DNA of 64,000 nt. It comes from Prasinococcaceae sp. CCMP 1430. Taxonomy: Eukaryota; Plantae; Prasinodermophyta. Positions 1 through 9,380 of this stretch are shown here, in pieces. The notes beneath the pieces were generated by a model. The model ran no database searches, had not been told where the DNA came from, and was given only the letters and a program-made list of their open reading frames with translations. The position numbers and the translations under genes are program-made. The DNA lies in assembly GCA_013416795.1 (NCBI GenBank), contig RQSC01001312.1, positions 1 through 64,000 of the forward strand. Reading direction: 5' to 3'. The first letter of the stretch is position 1; every line of letters starts with the position of its first letter.

Positions 1-1170
1 AAGCGCGCGCGCACCGCGGCGGCGGTGGAGACGGCGACGCCCGCGGCGGAGAAGACGGCGTCGACGCCCGCGGCAGCGACGCCCGCGGCGTCCGCGCCGC
101 CGCGGGAGGCAGCGGCGTGGCGGCTGTGCTGGCTGCAGTTCGACGTGGTGGACGACGGCGCGGGCCTCACCGAGGCGCAGAAGGCGCAGGTGTTCCAGCC
201 GTTCGCGCAGGTGCCCGAGGCGAGCTCGTACGGCGGCGCGGGGTGGTGGGGCGCCACGGAGATCGCCGCCGCCGAGAGGAGGGACGAGGGCGGCACCAAG
301 GAGCTGCCGGGCGACAAGGCGCGCCGCACGGGCCTCGAGATGGCCATCGCGCACGGCCTCTGCCAGGCGCTCGGCGGGCGGCTCGAGCTCGTCTACTCGG
401 AGCTGGGCGAGGGCTCGGACTTTCGCGCCACGCTGCCCTTCCTCGTGGTGCCGCCGGACGAGGACAAAGCCGGCGGCGACGGCGATGGCGGTGCTGACGT
501 GGCCGGCGTCGCCGCCACCGCCGCCGCGGATGGTGCCGCGGATGGCGCCGACGGCGGCGCCGACGCCGGCGGCGGCCGCGAGGGGGCCGGCGCCGCGGCA
601 TGGATGGCCGGGTACGACGCGGACGCGCCGGAGGGGGCTGCCGCCGACCAGGAACTGGTGGCGGCGCTGCCGCGGCTGCGCCTGCTCATCGCCGAGGACC
701 ACGCGCTCAGCCGGCGCGTGCTCGTGCGCCTGCTGCGCTCCTGGGTGGGCGTGTCCGACGTGACGACGGTAATAGACGGCCGGGAGGCCGTCGAGATGGT
801 GATGTCGAGCAGGGCGGCGGGCAAGCCCTTCGACGTGGTCCTGATGGACGTGGAGATGCCGCGAATGGGTGGCATTGACGCCGTCAACGCCATCCGGGAG
901 GCGTACGGCGGCGGCGGCGGCGGCGGGCAGGTGGGGTCGTGGGGGAGGGCGGGAGAGGGCGTGAGCGAAGCGGAGGGCGAGGGGGTGGCGCAGGCGGCGG
1001 CGGCAGGGAGCGAGATGCCTTACATATGCATGCTCTCCGCCAACGCCACGCCGAAGGACGTTGACGCGTGCTACTCGCAGTGCAAGCCCGACTGCTACCT
1101 CACCAAGCCCATGAAGGGAGCCGAGCTTCGGCAGATGCTCTGCGCCGCACTGCGGCAGCGGCGCGCTTGA
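1..1170 (+). CDS. Hybrid histidine kinase, C-terminal part (HATPase_c + receiver domain); 5' end outside window
   Basis: G1 box DDGAGL, F box VFQPF, degenerate G2 (TGLEMAI), GSDFRATLP. Receiver motifs LLIAEDH, VLMDVEMP, LSANA, YLTKP. Stop TGA 1168-1170. Confidence 0.9.
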   Translation, partial: KRARTAAAVETATPAAEKTASTPAAATPAASAPPREAAAWRLCWLQFDVVDDGAGLTEAQKAQVFQPFAQVPEASSYGGAGWWGATEIAAAERRDEGGTKELPGDKARRTGLEMAIAHGLCQALGGRLELVYSELGEGSDFRATLPFLVVPPDEDKAGGDGDGGADVAGVAATAAADGAADGADGGADAGGGREGAGAAAWMAGYDADAPEGAAADQELVAALPRLRLLIAEDHALSRRVLVRLLRSWVGVSDVTTVIDGREAVEMVMSSRAAGKPFDVVLMDVEMPRMGGIDAVNAIREAYGGGGGGGQVGSWGRAGEGVSEAEGEGVAQAAAAGSEMPYICMLSANATPKDVDACYSQCKPDCYLTKPMKGAELRQMLCAALRQRRA

Positions 1171-1448
1171 GGCGCTGCGGCGATGGCACGGACGACAGAC
1201 AAGTCGAAGCGCTGCTACTGGGGAGATGGGGACGTGGAGCGGGAAGGGGATGGTGGAAGGGGGGGAAGGAGGGCGAACAGTAACATAAAGCTCTGTCTAG
1301 GCCGCGCAGTCATCGCCGCGCCCGCCGCGCGCTCGTAGCAGCGTGCGCTGCCCGGCTTCTTGCACACACGCGCCGTCCTCGCGCCGCGCGCCTACCGTCC
1401 CTACGTGCCGTCCAAATGCGCCCCTCCCCCCCCCCCCTCCCCGGCGGA

Positions 1449-4178
1449 CTACTCGATGACCACAAGGTAGTCCGCCTCGCTCCTGAGGAAGTCGAGGGCG
1501 AGGTGGTGGTCCTGCGTCGGCAGGATGGGCACCTTTTTCTTCCGCAGCGTGGCGCCCTCACCGACGCCGAAGCTGCTATGGATGACGCGTCGCACATCGC
1601 CCATGGTGGTCTCCGCCTCCAGGGTGACCACGCCCAGGAGGTTGGACGCCGGCTCGGGCGCGTCCCGGAACACACGCACCGCCGGCAGTGTGACACCCGC
1701 GGAGGCGAGTCCGGGTGTCTGCGTTCTGGACGCGGCCATGCTCCCCACGGACGGCGCCGCTGGTGTCTGCGCGACAGCCGGCGCCCTGTCCGCGTGCGTG
1801 GTCGCCGCCGGCTGCCGCGCTTGGGCCACCTCAGCCGCCGGCGCGACCGCCACGGCCAGGCCAGCACCCGGGGCTTGCGTCTGCGCGAGCGACGCCTGCA
1901 TGGGCATGTGTCGGCCGTCTGCAACGGCGGAGCCCGGCGCGCGCGGCGCGGTCGCCGGCGCCCCCATGAAGCCTGCTGCCACTGACGCTTCGAAGCCCTG
2001 CATGCGCTGGTGAATCGCGAGCGCGCGCTGCGTCTGGTCAATGCGGACCTGCTCAAGGCGCGCTCGCTCCGCCTCGAGGTCCGACGCAATGCGCGTGCGC
2101 TCCTGGGCGAGCTCGTACTGCACCATCTCGCGCTCCGCCTCGTCGAAGGATTTGATGGCCTCCATCTGCTGGCGTATCTTGGAGCGGTCCGCCTCGAGCG
2201 CCGAAAGTGCCTCGGCTTTTTCTGCCTCGAACGCGCGTCGCTCCTGGGAGAGCACCATCTGCGCATGGTCGAGGTACGCCTCGCGCTGCGACCAATCGAA
2301 CTCGAGGCGCACGCGGTCGTCGGCAATGTCCGCCTTGGCGCTCTCCATGGCCTGGCGCTCGGCTTCGATCTCGCCACGAGCCGCCTCCAGCTCGGCCACG
2401 GCGCGCGCCTTGTCGGCCTCGAAGGCGGCACGCTCCTCGGCGATGATGCCCTGCAGCAGCTTGTCAGCAGCGTCGCTGTCCTCGCGGATGCGTTCGAACT
2501 CCGCATAGTCCGACTCGATCGCTGCGCGCTCGTCGTCGACGGCCTTGCGTTCGGCAGCGACGGCGTCCTTCTCCACCTGGAGGCGCTGCCACGCGCTCTC
2601 CATTGCGCGCTCCTCGCGCGCCACGGCCTCCTCTCGCAGCTTCACCTCCGCCCTGGCATCCACGACGGCCTCCTCGCGCCTCTCCATCTTGAGGCGCTCC
2701 GACTGGGCGAACGCCACCGCCTTGGACTTCTGCTCTTGCACGTCGCGCTCGAATTTCTGAACGCGCCCGCGGCCCTCCTCGACGGCGGCATGCTCCGCCT
2801 CCGTCTCCTCTCTGACGGCCCTCAGGCGCGCGCGCGCCTCATCGACCTCCTGCTGGAGTACCGCAGACTCCGCCCGCAGTGACTCCGCAAGTTCCTGGTG
2901 CTCCTCCTCGAGGCGCTCACGGTACGCCGAGTATTCTGCCTCTAGCTTTGAGAACTCGTCGGCGAGCGAGCCGTACATGCTGTTGATCTTGCCCATGGTG
3001 TTTTCGCACTCGTTGAGAAATGCGCCACTGCGCGCCACCGCGCCCGCTACCCTGTCGTGCAGCCGCCCCGCGCCGCCGCGCGCGAGCCCCTCGTTTGCGC
3101 TCACCACTGTGCCCGGCCCCGGCGCACCTCTGCGCGTCCGCGCGGCGCTCGCAATGGCCTTGGCTGAGCTGTAGCGCTCGGTCCGCATGGCGCCCCTGGC
3201 GCCGGCCCTGTCGTCCCCATCCAAACCACGCCGCTCACGCACGCGCGCGCGCCGCGCCGACGTGCGTTCGGCCGTCCGCATTGGGCCGACGGTGTTTCGC
3301 CCGCCTAGCACGAATGACGGGTTGCGCTTGAGGACCTCCCCTTCACTCCCGGACTCGGAGACTTCGCCCGCGGACCGAGGCGCCTCGATGGCTGCAGCGG
3401 TCTTCGACCTCGACGCGGTCGTCGACGCCGGCGTTGACGCTCTGGGCAGCTGCGCTGTCCCCGCGCCGGCGCCTTCGACGGTTTTGAGCAGCGGGTCAGC
3501 CGCGCTGCTGCCGCCGAATGCCGAAGCCATCGCCGCCTGCTCGCTCTCGGCGGGCCTGGCCTCGGCGTCCCTCCCGTTCCTGGCAGCCTCCTCGGCCGCA
3601 TCAGTGTATTTCTCAGCATCGTACTCCGCCTGCACACCCCGTGGGTCGGCGCTTCTGAGCGCGCCGGCGAGCTCCGCCACTTCGCCAAGGGGCACGAATT
3701 CGTCCATGCCGTCCGTGAACACCGGCGTGCCGTCGTCGATCTCGTCGAAGTCGTACATGATGCGCAGCGAGTCGATGAAGTGCGGGCCGGCCTTCTCGCC
3801 AGAGCCGTCCTTGTAGTACCACACAGCCTTTCTGGCGTTGATGGCGCTGCCGCTCGCGCGCAAAGCGCCGTGCAGCTCGGGCAGCGTTTTTACCTGCGCG
3901 AAGTCTTCCATCTTGCCCTCGAGCCAGACGTAGCTGTCGCCGTCGAGCTTGCCCGACGCCCACATCTCCTTGAGGTCGTCGACCGTCCTCGGGCCCTGGT
4001 GGCGCGCGCCCGCGCGCGCGATCGGGACGCGCGCCGGCGTCAGCGGCCGCGGCACACACAACGCACCGACCCCGGTCGCAGTCGCGCGGGCGCGCACCTT
4101 GGTGGGGATGTCGACGACCTGCCCCCCCTCATTCTTGACGACGTCGATGAAGAACCACGCGCCCGAGAGCGCCCCCAT
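1449..4178 (-). CDS. Protein with two GYF_2 (DUF4339)-like domains, a long coiled coil and a small C-terminal globular domain
   Basis: Exons 4098-4178 and 1449-3995 (102-nt GTGCGC..CAG intron, branch GCTGAC). Motifs WFF..GP..DDLKEMW..G.L...YVW.EG and WYY..GP....L..MY....I...T.VF..GM..F; E/A/R-rich heptads. Confidence 0.7.
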   Translation of the reverse strand: MGALSGAWFFIDVVKNEGGQVVDIPTKVRARATATGVGALCVPRPLTPARVPIARAGARHQGPRTVDDLKEMWASGKLDGDSYVWLEGKMEDFAQVKTLPELHGALRASGSAINARKAVWYYKDGSGEKAGPHFIDSLRIMYDFDEIDDGTPVFTDGMDEFVPLGEVAELAGALRSADPRGVQAEYDAEKYTDAAEEAARNGRDAEARPAESEQAAMASAFGGSSAADPLLKTVEGAGAGTAQLPRASTPASTTASRSKTAAAIEAPRSAGEVSESGSEGEVLKRNPSFVLGGRNTVGPMRTAERTSARRARVRERRGLDGDDRAGARGAMRTERYSSAKAIASAARTRRGAPGPGTVVSANEGLARGGAGRLHDRVAGAVARSGAFLNECENTMGKINSMYGSLADEFSKLEAEYSAYRERLEEEHQELAESLRAESAVLQQEVDEARARLRAVREETEAEHAAVEEGRGRVQKFERDVQEQKSKAVAFAQSERLKMERREEAVVDARAEVKLREEAVAREERAMESAWQRLQVEKDAVAAERKAVDDERAAIESDYAEFERIREDSDAADKLLQGIIAEERAAFEADKARAVAELEAARGEIEAERQAMESAKADIADDRVRLEFDWSQREAYLDHAQMVLSQERRAFEAEKAEALSALEADRSKIRQQMEAIKSFDEAEREMVQYELAQERTRIASDLEAERARLEQVRIDQTQRALAIHQRMQGFEASVAAGFMGAPATAPRAPGSAVADGRHMPMQASLAQTQAPGAGLAVAVAPAAEVAQARQPAATTHADRAPAVAQTPAAPSVGSMAASRTQTPGLASAGVTLPAVRVFRDAPEPASNLLGVVTLEAETTMGDVRRVIHSSFGVGEGATLRKKKVPILPTQDHHLALDFLRSEADYLVVIE

Positions 4179-4212
4179 GGACCCGCCCGCGCGCCCCGCG
4201 CGCGCCGCTCAC

Positions 4213-4296
4213 CCTCCCAAAGAGGTCGTCGAGCTCGCGCTCGCGCACGTCGCCCGGCAGCGACGCGCAGTACACCGTGTACATCCCACGCGGCAT
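4213..4296 (-). pseudogene. Orphan first exon of an SR splicing factor (SRSF1/SR34-like RRM N-terminus)
   Basis: Reads MPRGMYTVYCASLPGDVRERELDDLFGR then a GTGAGC donor; resembles the SR34-type YVGNLPGDIREREVEDLF. The rest of the RRM is not found downstream. Confidence 0.55.
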
Positions 4297-5072
4297 GGCG
4301 CGCGTGCGCTTCCTGGTCGCGGAAGCGGGCGCGGCGTGCGTGCGTGCAGGCGCGGGGGCGGGGGAGGGCGCGCCGGCGGCCCGCGCGCGCGTGTGTGGCG
4401 CCCGCGTTTTTCAGCGTCTCCCGGCGGGCGCTTTTTCCCGCCACGTCTCACGCGCGCGGCGAGACCCACCGACGTTCATCGACACACGCCACTCCAATCA
4501 GCACGACATATGTACCCACGGGAGATCCGAATCAGATGACTCAGACGGACTCAGACGCACATCACGGGCCCACGTGATGTGACTCACACCATCCACGGCA
4601 TGGTTGGGGTTACGACAAAAAAATCAGCCCGGCGGATGTACGCCCCACATCCCCGGCCGCGCCGGCGCGCGCGGCGCCGCGCGCGCGGCCGCGCCCGCTC
4701 CATCGAACGCGGCCGTCGAGGCTGGTCGGTCAAATCGGCGTGTTTGAGGTTTTGTAACACCAATCAGGGTTCATATCTGCGCNGGTGCCCCGCGAGCGCG
4801 CGGGCGCGGCGGTGCCCGGCCACCCCGCGCCTGCGAGACGCCGCCCTCCGACGACCTCGCAGCAGCAGCGGGCGCACTGCCGCCCGCGTGCAGAAAAACA
4901 CAATTTGTCGGCATGTAGCAATTCGGCGCCGTTTCTACGCATATTTGACCTATCTGTGCATGTATTATGATATTTTCATTGCTGCGTGTTGTGATCCGCG
5001 TGCTGACGCGCTCTCGCGTGCTCCGCTGCGCCTGCGCCACGCACGCACGCCCGCGTGCCCGCGCGAGCGTAG

Positions 5073-5704
5073 AAGTGCCGCGAGGTGCTGGCGTGCATGG
5101 CGAGCTCGGGCATCCCCGAGGACGCGTTCTACCGGCGCCACGTGGAGAAGAACTGGGGCGGCAAGATGGCGATGGCGTCGCGCGCGACAAGCCAGGAGGC
5201 GCTCGAGGAGGAGCTCGGCTTCCAGGTGGAGGAGGTCATCAGGGCGGGGGACAAGCAGGTGCGCGAGCGCCACGCCCCCGCTCCGTGCACGCGTGCAGCG
5301 TGCGCGCGCGCGCGCGGCGCTTGAGCGCCTGCCGACGTCCATCCGCTCCCGCGTGCGCAATGCTGCGCTTGCGCCGCCGAGCCGCGAGAGCAGCGCCTCA
5401 CTTTTCTTCGGACCGTGCTGACCTCCTCTGCACACGCGCACGCGTGCGCACTGACTCCGCCCCCTCCCACTACCCTCAGCTGGACCTCATCCCCTTCATC
5501 GCCAAGGAGCAGGCCTGGCGGCCGCGCGACCCGTCCGCGCCCGCGCAGTACTTCCAGGAGGTGGACGTCATGATGCCGCACGAGATGGGCGCGCGCGTCG
5601 TCGACGAGCGCGAAGTCGTGGCGCCCACGCCCGAGGAAGAGGAGGCCGCCGCAGCGGCGGCAGCTGCCGCCGCCGCCGCCGAGGAGGAGGGCGCCAAGAA
5701 GTGA
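5073..5704 (+). CDS. NDUFA5: Complex I subunit NDUFA5 (B13), 5'-partial
   Basis: Exons 5073-5258 and 5480-5704: IPEDAFYRRHVEK...QVEEVIRAGDKQ|LDLIPFIAKEQAW. First exon not found, possibly lost at the n at 4783. Confidence 0.8.
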
Positions 5705-5915
5705 GGCGCTGCTGCCGCGTGCTGCGGGGACGCATGGCGCGATATTTTTTGCATAAACACACACACGCACACGCTCCCGCGGGGAGTCTTTTTTGGCAAC
5801 CTGGGCGTTCCGCGCGCTTCAGGCAGAGAGTGTTGCGCATAGTTCACATGTACAGTGGTGCCGCGCGCGCGCGCGCCCAACGCGTGGCATCCCCCTCGGC
5901 CTCCCTTTCCCCTCG

Positions 5916-6450
5916 CTACCGCACGGCGAGCCACAGCAGCAGTCCGATCGCGACGATGGCCGACACGGTGTACACCATACGCCGCGAGTCCTTGCCGTCG
6001 AAGACCAGCTTGAAGCGCGCGAACGACGCCTCGAGCAACCCGCCCACGCCGCCGAAGGACGTGTCCATTCCGTCCAGCAGGCGGTTCTGCGCGCGTGCGC
6101 GAGTGCGGGAACGTGGATGTGCGCGCGTGGATGCGTGCAGGCGGTCACAGGCAGACCAGCGGCGAGCGGAGCGCGGCGTCAGTCAGTCGGCGGCCAAGGG
6201 GGTCTGCCGCGCACGCACGGCCCGCGGCGCGGCGCGCACGCGTGCGCGCGTGCGCTCGCCCGTGCGCGCGCTCGCTCGCTCGCGCACCTGCGACTCGGAC
6301 TCGTCGTGCAGCCCCTGCGTGATGCCCTTGAGCGTCGCGATGCGGTCCGAGAGCGCCGCCGACATGGCGTCGTTCTCGCGCTCCGCCTGGCCGACCTCCA
6401 CGTCGCCGCCGCCGCCGCCGAACGCGCCGCCGCCGCGCCGCGAGCGCTTG
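5916..6450 (-). CDS. BET1: BET1/SFT1-like Qc-SNARE with C-terminal TM; no ATG in frame upstream of the SNARE helix
   Basis: Exons ~6288-6450 and 5916-6086: ERENDAMSAALSDRIATLKGITQGLHDESESQ|NRLLDGMD...RFKLVF...SRRMVYTVSAIVAIGLLLWLAVR*. Confidence 0.85.
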
Positions 6451-6454
6451 CTGC

Positions 6455-6711
6455 AGCATCTCCATGAGCACGTCCTCCACCTTGGACGTCTTTCTCTCTG
6501 TCAGGTACTTGCACGCCGCGACGACCTCGCGCGCGAGTGCCGGCACATCCGAGCTTGCATCGAGCGCCGGCACGCGGATGCGTTTGACGCCCGGCTTCTG
6601 CTCGACCACCCGCACGGACTCGCCCAGCGTGGACATCTCGTGCTTCTCCTCGGTGTAGTGCACGAGCACCGCCCCGCCGCGCGGGTCCGCCTCGATCGCC
6701 CCAGGGCGCAC
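6455..6711 (-). CDS. Kinesin-associated protein (KAP3/FLA3) N-terminal domain fragment
   Basis: After acceptor GACAG (6712-6713): VRPGAIEADP..AVLVHY...VKRIRVPALDASSDVPALAREVVAACKYL...KVEDVL, matching the recalled KIFAP3 N-terminus. No ARM repeats follow. Confidence 0.7.
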
Positions 6712-6928
6712 CTGTCGTCCGTAAATGCGAGCGTGGCGGGATGACGAGCCAAGGAGGGCGTGCAGTGCGCGTGCACCATGGGAGACATGCGCGGGTCAGC
6801 AACCATGTTTTCGTGTGGCACAGCTAGACTCCTCTCGCGCTTGCATGCACGACACGGTGGTCAAGCGAGCGCTCTGGTGCACCTGCCTGCGCTCGGGCGG
6901 TGTGCAAGCGCGCACGCGAGCGGACTCN

Positions 6929-7704
6929 TGCGCTGGTACGCCGCCGGCGAGGGCGCCGAGGGCGCGGCCAAGGCCGGGGCGGCCAAGGCCGGCGCGGAAG
7001 CGGGCGCGGAAGCGGGAGCCTCGGCGAGCAGCGGCCTCTTCGCTGCAGGCTACGGCAAGCCCATGACCTGGCGCGTCGCCGGCGCGACGCTCGTCACCGG
7101 TGCGGCGCTGACCGCTGCGTACTTCTACGAGAAGGAGAGGCGCTTCAAGGAGATCCTCGCGTCCAAGACCGCGACGGCCGGCGAGGCCGCCATCGGCGGG
7201 CCGTTCTCGCTGCGCGAATCGGTGAGCGGCAAGGCGTACACGGACAAGGACCTCATAGGCAAGTGGACGCTGCTGTACTTCGGCTTCACCGCCTGCCCCG
7301 ACGTCTGCCCCGAGGAGATGGAGAAGCTGGCCGAGGCGATCGACATGATCGAGAAGGTCGCCGGCGAGGGCGCGATCAACCCGGTCTTCATATCCATCGA
7401 CCCCGAGCGCGACAGCCTTGAGGAGGTGCGCGAATACGTCAAGAAGTTTCACAAGCGCATGGTGGGCCTGACCGGCAGCGTCAAGCAGTGCAATGCCGCC
7501 GCGCGCTCGTACCGTGTGTACCACCACAAGACCTCGGAGGACGCCGACTACCTCGTCGACCACTCGATCATCCACTACTTGGTGGGACCCGACGGCAAGT
7601 TCCGCAAGTTCTTCCTCAAGAGTGACGAAGCTAAGACGATTGCCAGCGGCGTGCTCAACCTCATGGCTGACGAGTTCAAGGCCGAGCGCGCTCAGAAGGG
7701 ATAG
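6929..7704 (+). CDS. SCO1: SCO1/SenC cytochrome c oxidase copper chaperone, 5'-partial
   Basis: TM segment then IGGPFSL, LLYFGFTACPDVCPEE (CxxxC), FISIDPERD, YRVY, YLVDHS. 5' end interrupted by the n at 6928. Confidence 0.95.
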
Positions 7705-8049
7705 GGGGTGACAGGCCTGTGAGCTCGCAGTCGTCCTGCCCAGACAGCGGGCGGGCTCTGCGCGGCCGTCGCGGCACCTCCGCGCACACAACTCGAGCGA
7801 CTCCGGGGCCGCCATTCTTTCTGGCGCGACTACGCGCCGTGTTTTCATTTTTGGTCCACAAGCGGGGCGGGACCAGCCAGCGCTGCGGCGGTGTTGTAAG
7901 CATTGCCCTTGCCTGCAAGGCAGCGGTGCCCTGTGCTTGTACCCCCAGCAGGCACGCGCACGCGCGCAGGCGCGCGCACGCGCGTTGCGTTCCCACGGCC
8001 GCGCGCGCGGGGAACATGTCTAAGGACTCGGCTGGTGGTATTACATGGT

Positions 8050-9370
8050 CTAGGCGCCGAATGCGGCGTCGAGGTCCGCAATGAGGTCTTCGATGTCCTC
8101 GATGCCGGCAGAGATGCGCACGAGGTCGTCGGGAAGGCCGCGCGCCGCGCGCACCTCGGCGGGGATGCTCGCGTGCGACATGAAGCACGGCAGCGAGATG
8201 AGGCTGTTGGTCGAGCCGAAGCTGACGGTGATCTTGAACAGCTTGGTCTCCTCGACGATGCGCCGCGACAGCTCAAGGTCGCCCGTCTCGAAGGACAGCA
8301 GCGAGCCGCCCAGCTTCGCCTGCGAGTCGTGCACGTCAGCGAACGGGTGGCCGGGCAGGCCGGGGTAGTTCAGCTTGGTGACCTTTGGGTGCGCGGCGAG
8401 CCACTCGGCGAGCTTCGCGCAGTTCTCCACCTGCCTCTCCATGCGCAGCCCCATGGTCTTGAGCCCTCGCGCCGCCAGCCAGCACTCGAAGGGGGCCATG
8501 CCGCTGCCCTCGGCGTTCTGGAAGAAATACACGCGCTTGGCGAGCTCCTCGCCCTTGATCGCCAGCAGCCCGCCCGTCACGTCCGAGTGTCCCGCCACGA
8601 ACTTGGTGGCCGAGGTCATGGAGATGTCGGCGCCAAGCTCGAGCGGCCGCTGGTAGAGGCAGGTCATGATGGAGTTGTCGACGCACACGAGCGCGCCGAC
8701 CTCCTTGGCCATGGCCGCGATGGCCGCGATGTCGGTCACCTGCATGCGCGGGTTGGTGGGGCTCTCGAGCATCACCATGGTCGTCCCCGGCGTCTGGATC
8801 GCCGCGCGCGTGGCCTCGAGGTCGGTGTGGTCCACGTTGGTCACGCGCAGGCCCGCGGCCGGCGCGCACTGCGCCAGGAGGCGCGAGGTGCCGCCGTAGA
8901 GGTCATCGCCGGCCACGACGTGGTCGCCCGCCTTGCAGAGCCTCGTGACCACGGCGAGCGCGGCCATGCCCGAGTTGAACGCGAACGCGGCGTCCGCGCC
9001 CTCGAGGTCCGCCCACTGCGTCTGCAGCAGGTCGCGCGTCGGGTTGCCCGAGCGCGTGTAGTCGTAGGGCCCGTTGGAGACGGCGTCGGGCTGCCCGAAG
9101 GTGGCCGTCTGGTAGAGCGGCGGGGCGCTCGCGTTGAAGGGATCCTCGGGCTTGAAGCCGTGGGCCAGGCGCGTCGACAGGCCGTACTCGCGCTCGCCGC
9201 CGCCGCCCTCCCCCGCGCGCGCCGCCGCGCGCAACGCCGCCGGCGCCGGCGAATGGAGGCGCGCTTCCCAACGCGGCCTCGCCCGGCGCCCTCGGGGCGG
9301 ACCTCGACACGCCCGGCGTCGAAGCGGCGCTGCGCGAGCAGGCGCGCGAGGAGCGGCGGACGCCGCTCCC
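8050..9370 (-). CDS. CBL: Cystathionine beta-lyase, plastid type; start codon not found
   Basis: PLYQTATF, YDYTRSGNPTR, MLESPTNP, SATKFVAGHSD (PLP Lys), VSFGSTNSLISLPCFMSHASIP. The Arg/Ala transit-like frame stays open to ~9393 without an ATG. Confidence 0.93.
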
Positions 9371-9380
9371 CGTCTCCGAG

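Noticed and set aside
4434-4441. E2F consensus TTTCCCGC
   Set aside because: A single 8-mer with no link to cell-cycle genes; too weak on its own.
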